DNA from: Negaprion brevirostris
Lineage: Eukaryota
NCBI GenBank assembly: GCA_030324005.1
Contig: JARDVH010000128.1
Span: 39,390,046 to 39,454,045 of the forward strand
Reading direction: 5' to 3'
Length of the DNA: 64,000 bases
Below are positions 1 to 64,000 of this stretch, piece after piece (the stretch's first letter is position 1; each line of letters starts with the position of its first letter). Under the pieces are notes generated by a model. It had not been told where the DNA came from. It ran no database searches and saw only the letters and a program-made list of their open reading frames with translations. A program made the position numbers and the translations under genes.

Positions 1-1135
1 TATCATACCCCTTTACATTTATCTGTGGAACTAATTCATTTTGTTTCAAATGCTCCAAGCATTTAGGTACAAAACCTGAAGGTGAGCATCTTTAACATTT
101 CTTCTCCCTTTCCTACTAGTTTTTTACTTGGTCCATATCTGAATCTGGCCTTTGATTTCTCTGCCTATCACTTTTTTTATTCTCCTTAGTGTTTCTTCTT
201 TGTATTCTTAATTCCTCCTTAATTGCAAAGGTTCCCATCCCCCTGCTATATTAGTTTAAACCCTCCCTAACCACTCTAGCAAATACAACCCCCAAGGACT
301 TAAGTCCCGATTCTGCCCAGGTGTAACCCATCCAGTTTGTACAGGTCCCACCTCTCCCAGAACCAGTCCCAATGCCCTATCAATTTGAAACCCTCTCCCT
401 CAAACCATCTTTTCAGCCACATATTCATTCTATGCATCTTGCTGTTGCTATCCTGACTAGCAGGTGGCACAGGTTGTAACCCTGAGATCACTACCTTTGG
501 GATCCTACTTTTCAGCTTGCTTCCTAGCTCCCTGTATTCTGCTTTTAGGACTTATCCTTCTTTTTAAACCTATCGTGTACAACAATACACGATCGGTTGA
601 GTTAAGAAACAACAAGGGGCAAAATACCTTGGTGGGGGTGGTATACGGGCTATTTGTGTTTACCGCTTTGAGAATTCAAAGGGAGTGGATAGCAGGGATT
701 TGAATGTCCTGCAGCCACTCCGAAACATCCTTGACTCCAGCACCAGGGAGGCAACATACCATCCTGGAGTCTTGTATGTGGCCACGTAAATACCTATCTA
801 TTCCTCTAACAATTGAATCCCCCAAAACTATTGCATTCCCACACTTTTTACTCCTCCCTTCTGCAGCAGAGTAGGTGTAACGAGTTTGGCTGCTGTTGCT
901 TTCCCTAGAGAGGTCATTCCCCTCAATGGTATTCAAAACGGTATATCTGTTTTGCAGGGGAATAGCCACAGGAGATTCCTGCATTGCCTGCCTCGTTCTC
1001 TTGCTCTGTCTGGTGGTCACCCATTCCCTTCCTGTGGAGTCTGAGCCTGTGGTGTGACCATCTAACGTGCTATCCATGATACTCTGCCTCGCGGATGCTC
1101 CACAGTGTCCCCAGCCGCTGCTCTGGATCTGAAAC
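1..1135 (-). mobile_element. CR1 LINE (HER1-like), degenerate ORF1 (SGNH/esterase) and start of ORF2
   Basis: Minus-strand AIVLGDSIVRG..MVCCLPGAGVKDV, DLYKLDGLHL, ORF1 end GLN*, then LQVLYLNAWSI at the endonuclease start. Confidence 0.9.
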
Positions 1136-1224
1136 TGGGCTTCAGTTTGTACTTGTGGTGGTTTTAAAACAATCATAAATCAAGTGTTATATGCTGATCA
1201 ATATCTGCTTTCTTTAATTGAAGC

Positions 1225-1357
1225 AGAAACTGTTGGAAAATCTCAGCAGGTCTGACAGCATCTGTGGAGAGAGAATAGACCCAATGTTCCGAGTCTGGAT
1301 GATACTTTGTCAGACCTTTTGACTCTGACGAAGGGTCATCCAGACTTGAAATGTTGA
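1225..1357. mobile_element. Fold-back Penelope-like terminus (family 2) with hammerhead-like motif at 1325-1355
   Basis: Inverted arms caatgttccgagtctggatga..tttgtcaga / tctgacgaagggtcatccagacttgaaatgttg; CTGACGA..GAAA core. Confidence 0.7.
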
Positions 1358-1549
1358 CAATATTTTGCTGTTGCCTTAGCACCTTTCACAACCACGGACA
1401 TTTCAAAGTGCTTTACAGTCAGTGGAGTATTTTTGGAGTCATGGTAATGTGCTGTAACCATTTTAAAGAACGAAATGCAGCAACAGTTTTGCACATAAGA
1501 TCACAAACAGGTCCTGCGCTGAAGAACAGACAATCATCTGGTGATGATG

Positions 1550-1670
1550 ACAAAACCCACACAGATACAGGGAGAACATGCAGACTTCGCACAGTGACCC
1601 AAGCCAGGAATCAAACCCTCATCCAAGGTACTGTGAGGCAGCAGTGCTAACCACTGTGTCACCATGCCAT
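1550..1670 (-). mobile_element. V-SINE (HE1-like) 5' fragment
   Basis: Reverse complement of the tRNA-like head tggttagcactgctgcctcacag. Confidence 0.85.
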
Positions 1671-1674
1671 CAAA

Positions 1675-1995
1675 GACAAAGTGCACCAAAGCAGAAGACT
1701 ACGAAAACAGGGAAATCACCATCTTGAAGTGCTCTCAGCACAGTGGGAAGTATCCGCATAAGTGGGAAGAGTGTCCACCAGGGGAGCAGAGTGCCAGAAC
1801 TGTGGAAAAATAAGATCTATCTCAGCAGTAAGCATTCCAATGAAATAATGTTCAGGAATAGTCATAGTCCCAAAGCCAAAAGGCTCAATAAGAGTCTGCG
1901 TGGATTTAACTAACTAAAATCAGTGGAACGTGGGATCCACCCAACAGCCTGAGTGGATGACACCATTACCAAACTAGCCAAAAATTCCATTGTCC
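1675..1995 (+). mobile_element. Gypsy LTR retrotransposon remnant (gag zinc knuckle plus RT fragment)
   Basis: CP..GAECQNCGK followed by CSGIVIVPKPKGSIRVCVDLT..IHP..VDDTITKLAK. Confidence 0.75.
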
Positions 1996-2159
1996 TATTG
2001 ATTTCATTTTCCGTCAGATTTCCTGATGTTAGAATTGTTGGTTGGGAGGTTCACGTTGGATTATGGTAGAAAATTTAACAGACCTTTCTCTTTCTTTCTC
2101 ATTCACTACGTTAATGCCATTTTTGTTCCATATTATCCACCCATTAATGCCCAAATCAG

Positions 2160-2430
2160 CAGCAACAACAACTTGTGTTTGTATCAACCTTAACTAGGAA
2201 AACATCTGAACTGTACAGGAGTCTTATAAAACAAAATTTGACACCGAGCAACATATGAAGATGTTAGGTCAGATGACCAAAAACTTGAGATAGATTTTAA
2301 GTAGTGTTTTAAATGAGCAAAGGTAGCAGCAGAGGGATAGGGAAAATTCTAGAACTTGGGCCTTGGCAACAGAAAGCATAACTGTTAAAATTGGGGATGC
2401 AAGAGGCCTAAGTTGGAGAAATGCAGACAT
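2160..2430 (-). mobile_element. L2 LINE 3' fragment (related pieces near 3545-3600, 10505-10855, 11260-11345 and 58190-58395 +)
   Basis: (caa)n tail and recurrent aaacaaaatttgacaccgag..ggtcagatgaccaaaa motif. Confidence 0.65.
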
Positions 2431-2437
2431 CTCAATG

Positions 2438-2715
2438 TTGTGGCACAATGGTTAACGCTGCTGCTTCATAGCGCTAGGGACCTGGGTTCGATTCCTGGCT
2501 TGGATCATTGTCTGTGTGGAGTTTGTACATTATTCCCGTGTCCGCATGAGTTTCCTCCAGGCACAACCGTTTCCTCCTGGTCTAAAAGAAGGGCTGATGG
2601 GGTACATTGACCTGAACTGGTGCTGGAATGTGATGACTAAGGGGATGTCATGGTAACTATGTTGCAGTGTTAATGTAAGACTTACTTGTGACCTAATAAA
2701 TAAACTTTGACTTTT
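2438..2715 (+). mobile_element. V-SINE, tail type B
   Basis: A box tggcacaatgg, B box ggttcgattcc, V-domain, tail gtaacttcattgcagtgttaatgtaag..aataaataaacttt. Confidence 0.88.
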
Positions 2716-3009
2716 GACTGGAAGGGATCACAGGCAATCCTTGACTTTACAACTTTCAAGTCACAAAGAATGACATTTAAGATGTTGACAAATTGATACA
2801 CTGTTTTGACTTTACAACATTAGTTTCTACTTTATGATGCTTGCTGTGACGTGATTCCATGCTGGCAAGCAAGTTCAAACATTCATACATGTGCATCAAT
2901 GTTCTGCGCTGCCCAACTCCCTGACTCAGTGTACACTACAGTACTATATTCCTATGTGTATTTTTAGCTTATGTGATTTTGTTTTATATATCAATATAAT
3001 TGCTATATT

Positions 3010-3325
3010 GTTTTGTTCATTCATGGGATGTAGGTGGCATGGTTGATTCAGCATTCATTACCCATTGATAATGGCTTTGAACTGAGTGGCATTTCAGAGA
3101 GTATTTAAGGGTCAACCACATTGCTATGGATCTGGCCAGACCAGGTAAGGTTGGCAGATTTCCTTCTTTAAATAGTATTAGTGAACAAGGTGACTTTTTA
3201 TGACCCTCAATAATAGTTTCCTAGTCATCATTAGATTCATTGCAAATTTTTACTGAATTCAAATGGTAGGATTCAAATCTGGGTCTCTGGATTACTTGTT
3301 CAGCAACACCACAAGGCCACCCACC
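3010..3325 (-). mobile_element. tRNA-derived SINE with CR1-like tail (same family as 8850-9190)
   Basis: Diverged reverse complement of the 8850-9190 and 21720-22030 copies. Confidence 0.65.
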
Positions 3326-3654
3326 GCCTGTCCTAATATTGCTATATTATTCCTCTATAATTGATTGAGTACAAAATTTTGGGTTGTTTTGGTGAAAATA
3401 GAGTATTGAGCCTTGGTTCAGGCTTCAATCCCCCATTTATAACATTGTTCTTATGGGAAAATAATTTCTGAAGTGTGACATTTCATCTTAAGGCACAGTT
3501 TTCAGAAACCAATTGCATTCAAAGACTAAGGACTGACTGTACAGAGATAATGAGAAAGCAAGACCATGGAGGAATTTGAAAACAAGGATGAGAATTTTAA
3601 AACTTGCAGCTTTCTAACAAAAAAAGAAAAGACAAATGCTGTTAAAACTTGATT

Positions 3655-4400
3655 AATTCAAGATAGCTGAAGAAAGGGACATGCTGAGCACGATTTTTGT
3701 CTTGCAGTCTAAGACAAGAATGCAAGGCAAATTTCAAAGGCAGCAACAATTTAACGTGCATGGGAACTTTGAGTTAATTGGCAAGTTGACTCTGTTTAGT
3801 CAAGGTAGTGCCATGGAGAATGTTCCAGGGAACTATTGTCTCTATGCTTTTGTTTAGTTTGAAATCAGTGCAATACCTGGACATGTTACTTTTGTCTGCA
3901 AAAGACAGGTCCCTCAGTATTGATATAACTTTCTAGCAAACATTAAGTAAGTCACATTATGAGCCCATCTGATAATTATAAATTCTTTTTAGGAAGCTAA
4001 AAAACTAAACCGTTATTGACGCTCAGGATTATTTCGCAAATGCTGTCTAATCGCAGAATCACACCTAACATTAGGCATTATGTTGTGAGGTTTGCAAACA
4101 TGTGCCAGTTGATTATGGTCAGTAAACTGCCTATTGCCAACAGCCAAAGGTTAAGAGTAGAAGGAACATGTCCAAGCACTGCACGTTCTCTGAATTAAAC
4201 AAAAACATGGGGGAAAATAGTTACTTAATACATTCTTCATGGCAATACCTTGATCAATCGGAATTGATTTGCCAACAAATCAGCATCTTTTCTCATGCTG
4301 TACAAATTGTTGCTCCCTTTGAAATTTAGCATTCATACATCTGTCCTGATGAGTGCAAGATGAAAAGCTTTGACAGCATCTTTTTTCAGCAATATTCAAG
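3655..4400 (-). mobile_element. 5'-truncated Penelope-like element (GIY-YIG endonuclease C-terminus) with inverted pseudo-LTRs
   Basis: Minus-strand DSAIRQHLRNNPE..FIII..YINTEGPVFCRQK at about 3890-4080; roughly 250-bp diverged inverted arms at 3655-3900 and 4155-4400. Confidence 0.8.
4341..4376 (+). ncRNA. Minimal type I hammerhead ribozyme motif (PLE-associated)
   Basis: Stem I CUGUC/GACAG; CUGAUGA; G-ugcaaga-U; GAAA; palindromic AAGCUU; NUH = UUU. Confidence 0.75.
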
Positions 4401-4739
4401 TTCTATACTACCAACTGACAATTTAAAGGTAACTCACAAAATAACTCTCCTGTCCATGAATCCACAAAGTTCTACTATACTAAACTTTAGTTAAGAATGG
4501 CTTGAATACTGTGGCATTTTGAGCAGTCCCACAATTATGTCAGACATTTTTTGATAGTTTCACAAATCTGACAGAAATGTGGAAAATTCAGTATAGTTGA
4601 TTGCAGCGTGTAAGTTTCTCTGAAATACAGGCTGAGGAACAGGGAGGTGTAAAACTGAGGCACACAGCCTATGTGATGGGGTTTAAATGGGCAGTTTAAT
4701 AATAAATGCGAGTGTAAGAATTTTGATTATGGGGCAGTC

Positions 4740-5022
4740 AGAATCATAGACTCCGTACAGTGCAGAAGGAGGCCATNNNNNNNNNNNNCCAGGCCCTATC
4801 CCCATAACCCCACGTATTTACCTGCAAATCCCCCTGACACTGGAGCAATTTAGCATAGCTAATCAACCTACCCTAATCTTTGGAGTATGGGAGGAAACTG
4901 AACTACCCGGAGAAAGCCCACGCAGACACAGGGAGAATGAAAAAACTCCATACAGAGAGTGACCTGAGGTCAGAACTGAACTTGTCGTTGATGCTGTGAG
5001 GCAGCAGTGCTAACCACTGTTG
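4740..5022 (-). mobile_element. V-SINE HE1-like, tail type A (CR1 tail)
   Basis: gaatcataga..gcagaaggaggccat tail, reverse V-domain and head. Confidence 0.9.
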
Positions 5023-5247
5023 TTTGCTAGGCCAGAGGAGGCAAGAATGCACATTTAGGGGAGGAATGTTGTCAGCAAATTTTAAATAAGTGTTCATAGG
5101 ACAGGGAAGAACAGTGCCTGAGGAGAGAGAATCTTTTACAAAAAGTACACATACCAGAAAGGGCAGTTATGTGGGGAAGCAATTTAGTAAGGATGATGGA
5201 GTTAACTGAATAAGGTGCTTAAGGTATATCTCTTGAAAAAAACTAAA

Positions 5248-5615
5248 GGCACAACGGGTGGCACAGTGGTTAGCACTGCTGCCTTACAGCACTAAAGACC
5301 TGGGTTTGATTCCTGGCTTGGATCACTGTCTGTGTGGAGTTTGCACATTCTCCCCATATCTGTGTGGGTTTCCTCCAGCTGCTCTGGTTTCCTCCAAAAG
5401 ACGTCTGGCTAAGTTAAAAGTTTATTTATTATTCACAAGTGGGCTTACACTAACACTGCATTAAAGTTAGTGAAAAACCCCTAGTCGCTACAGTTAGGTG
5501 CACTGGCCAAGCTAAATTGTCCCTCGATGCACCCAAACAAGTGCTGGAGTGTGGCAACTACGGGATTTTCACAGTAACTTAATTGCCATGTTAATTTAAA
5601 CCTTCTTGTGACACT
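5248..5615 (+). mobile_element. V-SINE, tail type B, with an antisense tail-B piece inserted at about 5411-5491
   Basis: Head, V-domain and tail recognised; the internal segment is the reverse complement of the tail. Confidence 0.85.
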
Positions 5616-5624
5616 TATTTTTCC

Positions 5625-6210
5625 AAGATGGTGCCAGAGCAAGGTGACTCTTGTAAGCTGTGGCCAGCATACCCTCTAATTCTATCTTTTACTCTTGTTC
5701 TACGCTTCTACGCCTTGGCTGTGACTGGAACACTACATTCTACACCCTCTCCTTTCATAGAATCATAGAATCCCTAGTGTAGAAGGAGGCCAATTGGCCC
5801 ATTGAGCCTACAATCCCACCCAGACCCTATCCACTTAACCCCATGTATTTACCCTGCTCGTTCCCCTGACACAAAGAGGCAATTTAGCATGGCCACTCCA
5901 CCTAACCCGCACATCTTTGGACTTTCCTTCTCTATGTATGATACACTTTGCCTGATGTGGAGATGCGTGCGTTGGACTAGGGTAAGCACAGTAAGAAGTC
6001 TCACAACCCCAGATTAAAGTCCAACAGGTTTATTTGGCACCAGCTTTCAGATAAGGTAATGAAGGAGCCCGAAAGCTAGCGCCAAATAAACCTACTGGAC
6101 TTTACCCTGGTGTGTGAGACTTCTTGCGACACTTTGTCTGTACAGTGCACAAGAAACAATACTTTTCACTGTATTGTAACTACACATGTGGCAATAATAA
6201 ATCAAATATA
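5625..6210 (+). mobile_element. Internally deleted Rex1/Babar-type element carrying nested SINE (5756-5922 -) and PLE palindrome (5955-6128)
   Basis: caagatggtgcc 5' end; 3' UTR cactacattct..cttttcactgt..caataataaatcaaat shared with the Rex1 copy at 55728-56123. Confidence 0.7.
5955..6128. mobile_element. Fold-back Penelope-like terminus (family 1)
   Basis: Arms aagaagtctcaca..tttatttggc..gctttc / gaaagc..gccaaataaacc..tgtgagacttctt; flanking 12-bp near-duplication acactttg(c/t)ctg. Confidence 0.8.
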
Positions 6211-6546
6211 AATAAACTTTAAAACTTTTTAGGCATCCCTGGCAACAATAGACAAAATAACAACAATTTGGAATGGCACAACTGATAGAGAGACCTAAAC
6301 CCTGAAAGGAAGAAAGATTACAAAAATTAAATAATAGTCCCTCTTTGACTTATGTGATGCCTGGACTTTAACCTTGCTGAAAAAGTGCTGGAGAACGTTC
6401 CTGCTGACTGACTCCAGAGGCTGTGTGACAGGAACCACGTGGTGTTCGCCGGAAGTGGTTGCAGCCGGGCGAGGGTTAAAGGGCAAAGGTTGAAGGTGGC
6501 GGTGCTGTTTCCTGTGTTGTGGTGGGGGGAATTTGTCTGGGCAGCA

Positions 6547-61165
<54,619 letters not shown>

Positions 61166-64000
61166 GTAGGATCCAATTACTTATCTTGCAACCTAATTTG
61201 ACTGGCGGCTAGTTTTGCCTGATGCAACTTGGTTAGCTAAAATGATGGGTTTAAACCTCCAGCTCCACCTTTTTGTTGATCATTATCTTCCAAAATTGGC
61301 CTATTAAAATAAACTTATGGTTTGTCATAAAGATACATTTTATGCAATTAATAAAAGAGACTTTTTTGGCATCTCTGCACATCCCAGTCCAGTCCAACAT
61401 TAATGATATCTATGTCCTTTCTCAATCTGAGCTAGCTTTTTAAATGATGTGCACACCACGCAGTGTCCCTTGGTGGGACCAACCATGTGGCTAAATCAAG
61501 TATTTTCGGTAGGAGAAAATAGTGTTTTAATGTCGTCATTCAGTAGCAAATTGTGACAGAACATATTTTTAATGCAGAAATAATACCCATGGTCTGATTT
61601 ATTGATCTGTAGCCTGCTGTTATTTTAAAAATGCATGCTTCAAATTTAAAGACCATAGTATTTATACCAATGGAAACCGTTTAGTTATTGCACATGGAAT
61701 GAAGAGATCCAGTAGAGCTGGAATGTGGGAAAACTATGAATGCAAACCGTATCTACAAAAGCTCCCCAAATAATTTTAATAGGTTCATGGCTTCAGCCTC
61801 CATACAGGATCTTTTCTTTTGGTTCTTGTTAATACAATTGATGCATAAATTCTGCTGGTTTCAGAATAGCCTCCTTATTTAAGAATTTTATCTTCTCTTA
61901 GCCCTATAACCATGGGAAAACATCACCATTTAGGACTATCCAATCCTTGTTTCAGTAATGTGTGCACTTAACACTGGAGTTATTACACAGCACTAAGGAA
62001 TGGGAACATTTACCTTTCCTGTCCGTCCATTGTTAAAAGTAATGATATGTACATGTTTGTACAGTTGTGAACTATGGATAACAGATCAAAAGATATAACT
62101 ACATGTTTAATTAGAGAGAAAATAGATTATTTAAGACCTTAGATCTTTATATTAAGTTGATTCATTCAGTTGATTTTTGGGTTTGAGAATTTGGTGTGCA
62201 GCTTGGCACTGTGATGGTCTTTGATCAGTGATCAAAAATGCTTTGGCAGGGACAGGTTGGTGATCCATCCATAGCCTGTTAGAAAAATGCACCCTTCTTT
62301 CAGCCACTCCTCAGCAGATTTAAAAGAAATTTATTTTCTTTTTGATGGCAACTTTAATAGAAATCTTTCAGAAATAACATGGGCCCAGCGCCTTTGAGTA
62401 ATCATAACTTTAAGATCAAGCTGCTTTGGTATTAGGTTAAAATTAGAATTGATGCACTCTTTCAAATTATTACTTTAAATTCCTCCTTAATGTTTTATTC
62501 AGTGGACCATTTAAGGCCAAAGCAGCATTATCCTTTTTCTTCCAAATGGTCAGCTACATCATCTTGAGCATAATCCAAGAGAAAACAGTTTGATTCCCAG
62601 TATCACCCATGTGTCTAAAAATAGTGAATTGGCTTCCAAAGTCTCCTGGTGAGAATTCTTTGCAGTCAACACTTTTATGGATCAAAACTCTGCCAGCAAA
62701 ATCCAATGGAGCTTAAATTGTTTGGGCATAATATAGCTGGGATAAGAGCTAATGTGATTCTTGTTGTCCGCCATGTTCTGCTCTACAGTGCCCACAAACT
62801 TCCCACCAAGGTGGATGGATCTCCAGCTGCTACTCTGCAAATGACTATAGAATTGCTAGGTTACCTTGATTGACTAAGATGTTTGGCATAAGAAGACGCA
62901 AGAGAAATGTTAAACATTAGTGTTGGTGGTATGGTTTATATATGTGTTTTCCTATTTTAATTTTTTTCAGTTTTTTTTATTTTACTGCCAGTCACATGAT
63001 TCCTCACATCCTGGAATTCTTGGCTCTCAGTCATGTGTTTCCTCACTAACAATGATTCACTGACCATGCCTTGTAATTTCATGGTTTCAGATTACTCTGC
63101 GTTTTTGCTTGTCCTGCAGTTTTCAGCTGGTGGACTTCAAGCCAGAGAATGTGACTTCCTGGCTTGGGACTGATAATGAGAAATCAATGATGTACTGTTT
63201 GAAAAGAGATATCTTGCCATAAAGGATGTTAGGCACTGGTACAGAGGAGTTGTGGTAAAAGGTTCTTTGAAATAAATTGTGTAATAAATGGCTCGTAAAT
63301 TAATAGTCAATTGGATAAACACACGGTGCAAGTAAACAAGTACTGGAAGCACACTGTTCCGTTGTTTTTGGTTTTCATACTAGTTGAGCTTTGACAGAAT
63401 TTCAAATGGATGCTTAGTGTTTTTAGGAGTGCTGTAGAAATGCTAATCTCGTCAGTCAAACTTGTTCAATCCCACTCCAGCATTCACATTTATTGTGCAG
63501 CCACTTCACCCAAACCTGATCTTTCTACAGTGAGAGTGGAGCGGCGGATGTTGACTGACATCTCTCCACTAATAGGAATACACATGCAGAACGAAGTCCT
63601 CTTGTGTTGATGTCACAGTGCGCACATGCCAATTTGCAGATTTCATTGCATCTTGAATTCCAGTCTCTCATCTTCTCATATGAGTGGTAAGGATGAGAAG
63701 GAGAAAGGCTTGGAGAATCTAAATACAGTTGGGCTGTACTGAGCTCTGTATACACACAATGAAAATACCAGACTGAAAGTCAGCACATAAATTCTCAGTG
63801 CCTTTGCTATGAATTCAAGTGAAGTGGAATCCACTTATTTTTTTGATCTGAAGTTAGTTTTGTGAATAGAGTATAAACTATGAAGAGTGTGTTTAGATAT
63901 TAAATTTGTCATTAGTTGATTTGATTTAGTGAATTTACCTTTCATGCTGTCCTCCTTCAGGAGTTGTAGCTCTCATAGGTCATACTGTTGTTTGGTCCCA

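Noticed and set aside
1-6300. Coding exons of a divergent neighbour such as BFAR
   Set aside because: No RING-finger or other host coding sequence recognised; the region is almost all repeats
6439-6546. In-frame GTG-initiated N-terminal extension of PARN
   Set aside because: The ATG at 6547 has good context and matches the known N-terminus; the GTG lies among promoter motifs, probably at or before the transcription start
63525-63755. Minus-strand Cys-rich 76-aa ORF
   Set aside because: Non-ATG start, no recognised domain, and length compatible with chance
61166-64000. PARN exon 21 (GNIQISWIDD-like)
   Set aside because: Not found; it must lie beyond the window

Overview
Vertebrate genomic DNA, very probably from a cartilaginous fish (shark), judged from its HE1-like V-SINE, DeuSINE and CR1 repeat content; it is a draft assembly with many N gaps. 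The window holds the promoter and first 20 coding exons (1,402 nt, about 467 codons, all GT-AG introns) of PARN, the poly(A)-specific ribonuclease, on the + strand; the gene continues past the right edge. Introns and upstream DNA are dense with retroelements: tRNA-derived SINEs, CR1, L2, Rex1, RTE, Gypsy LTR remnants and a probable Harbinger-type MITE. The most notable signal is at least three families of Penelope-like element (PLE) termini forming fold-back palindromes and carrying minimal hammerhead-ribozyme motifs. Two have intact catalytic cores (4341-4376 +, 12726-12770 -) and one is a decayed tandem dimer (49228-49303). A repeat-poor zone around exons 19-20 also contains several candidate unproductive (poison) splicing events. 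All calls are by eye; repeat boundaries are approximate and no database searches were run.
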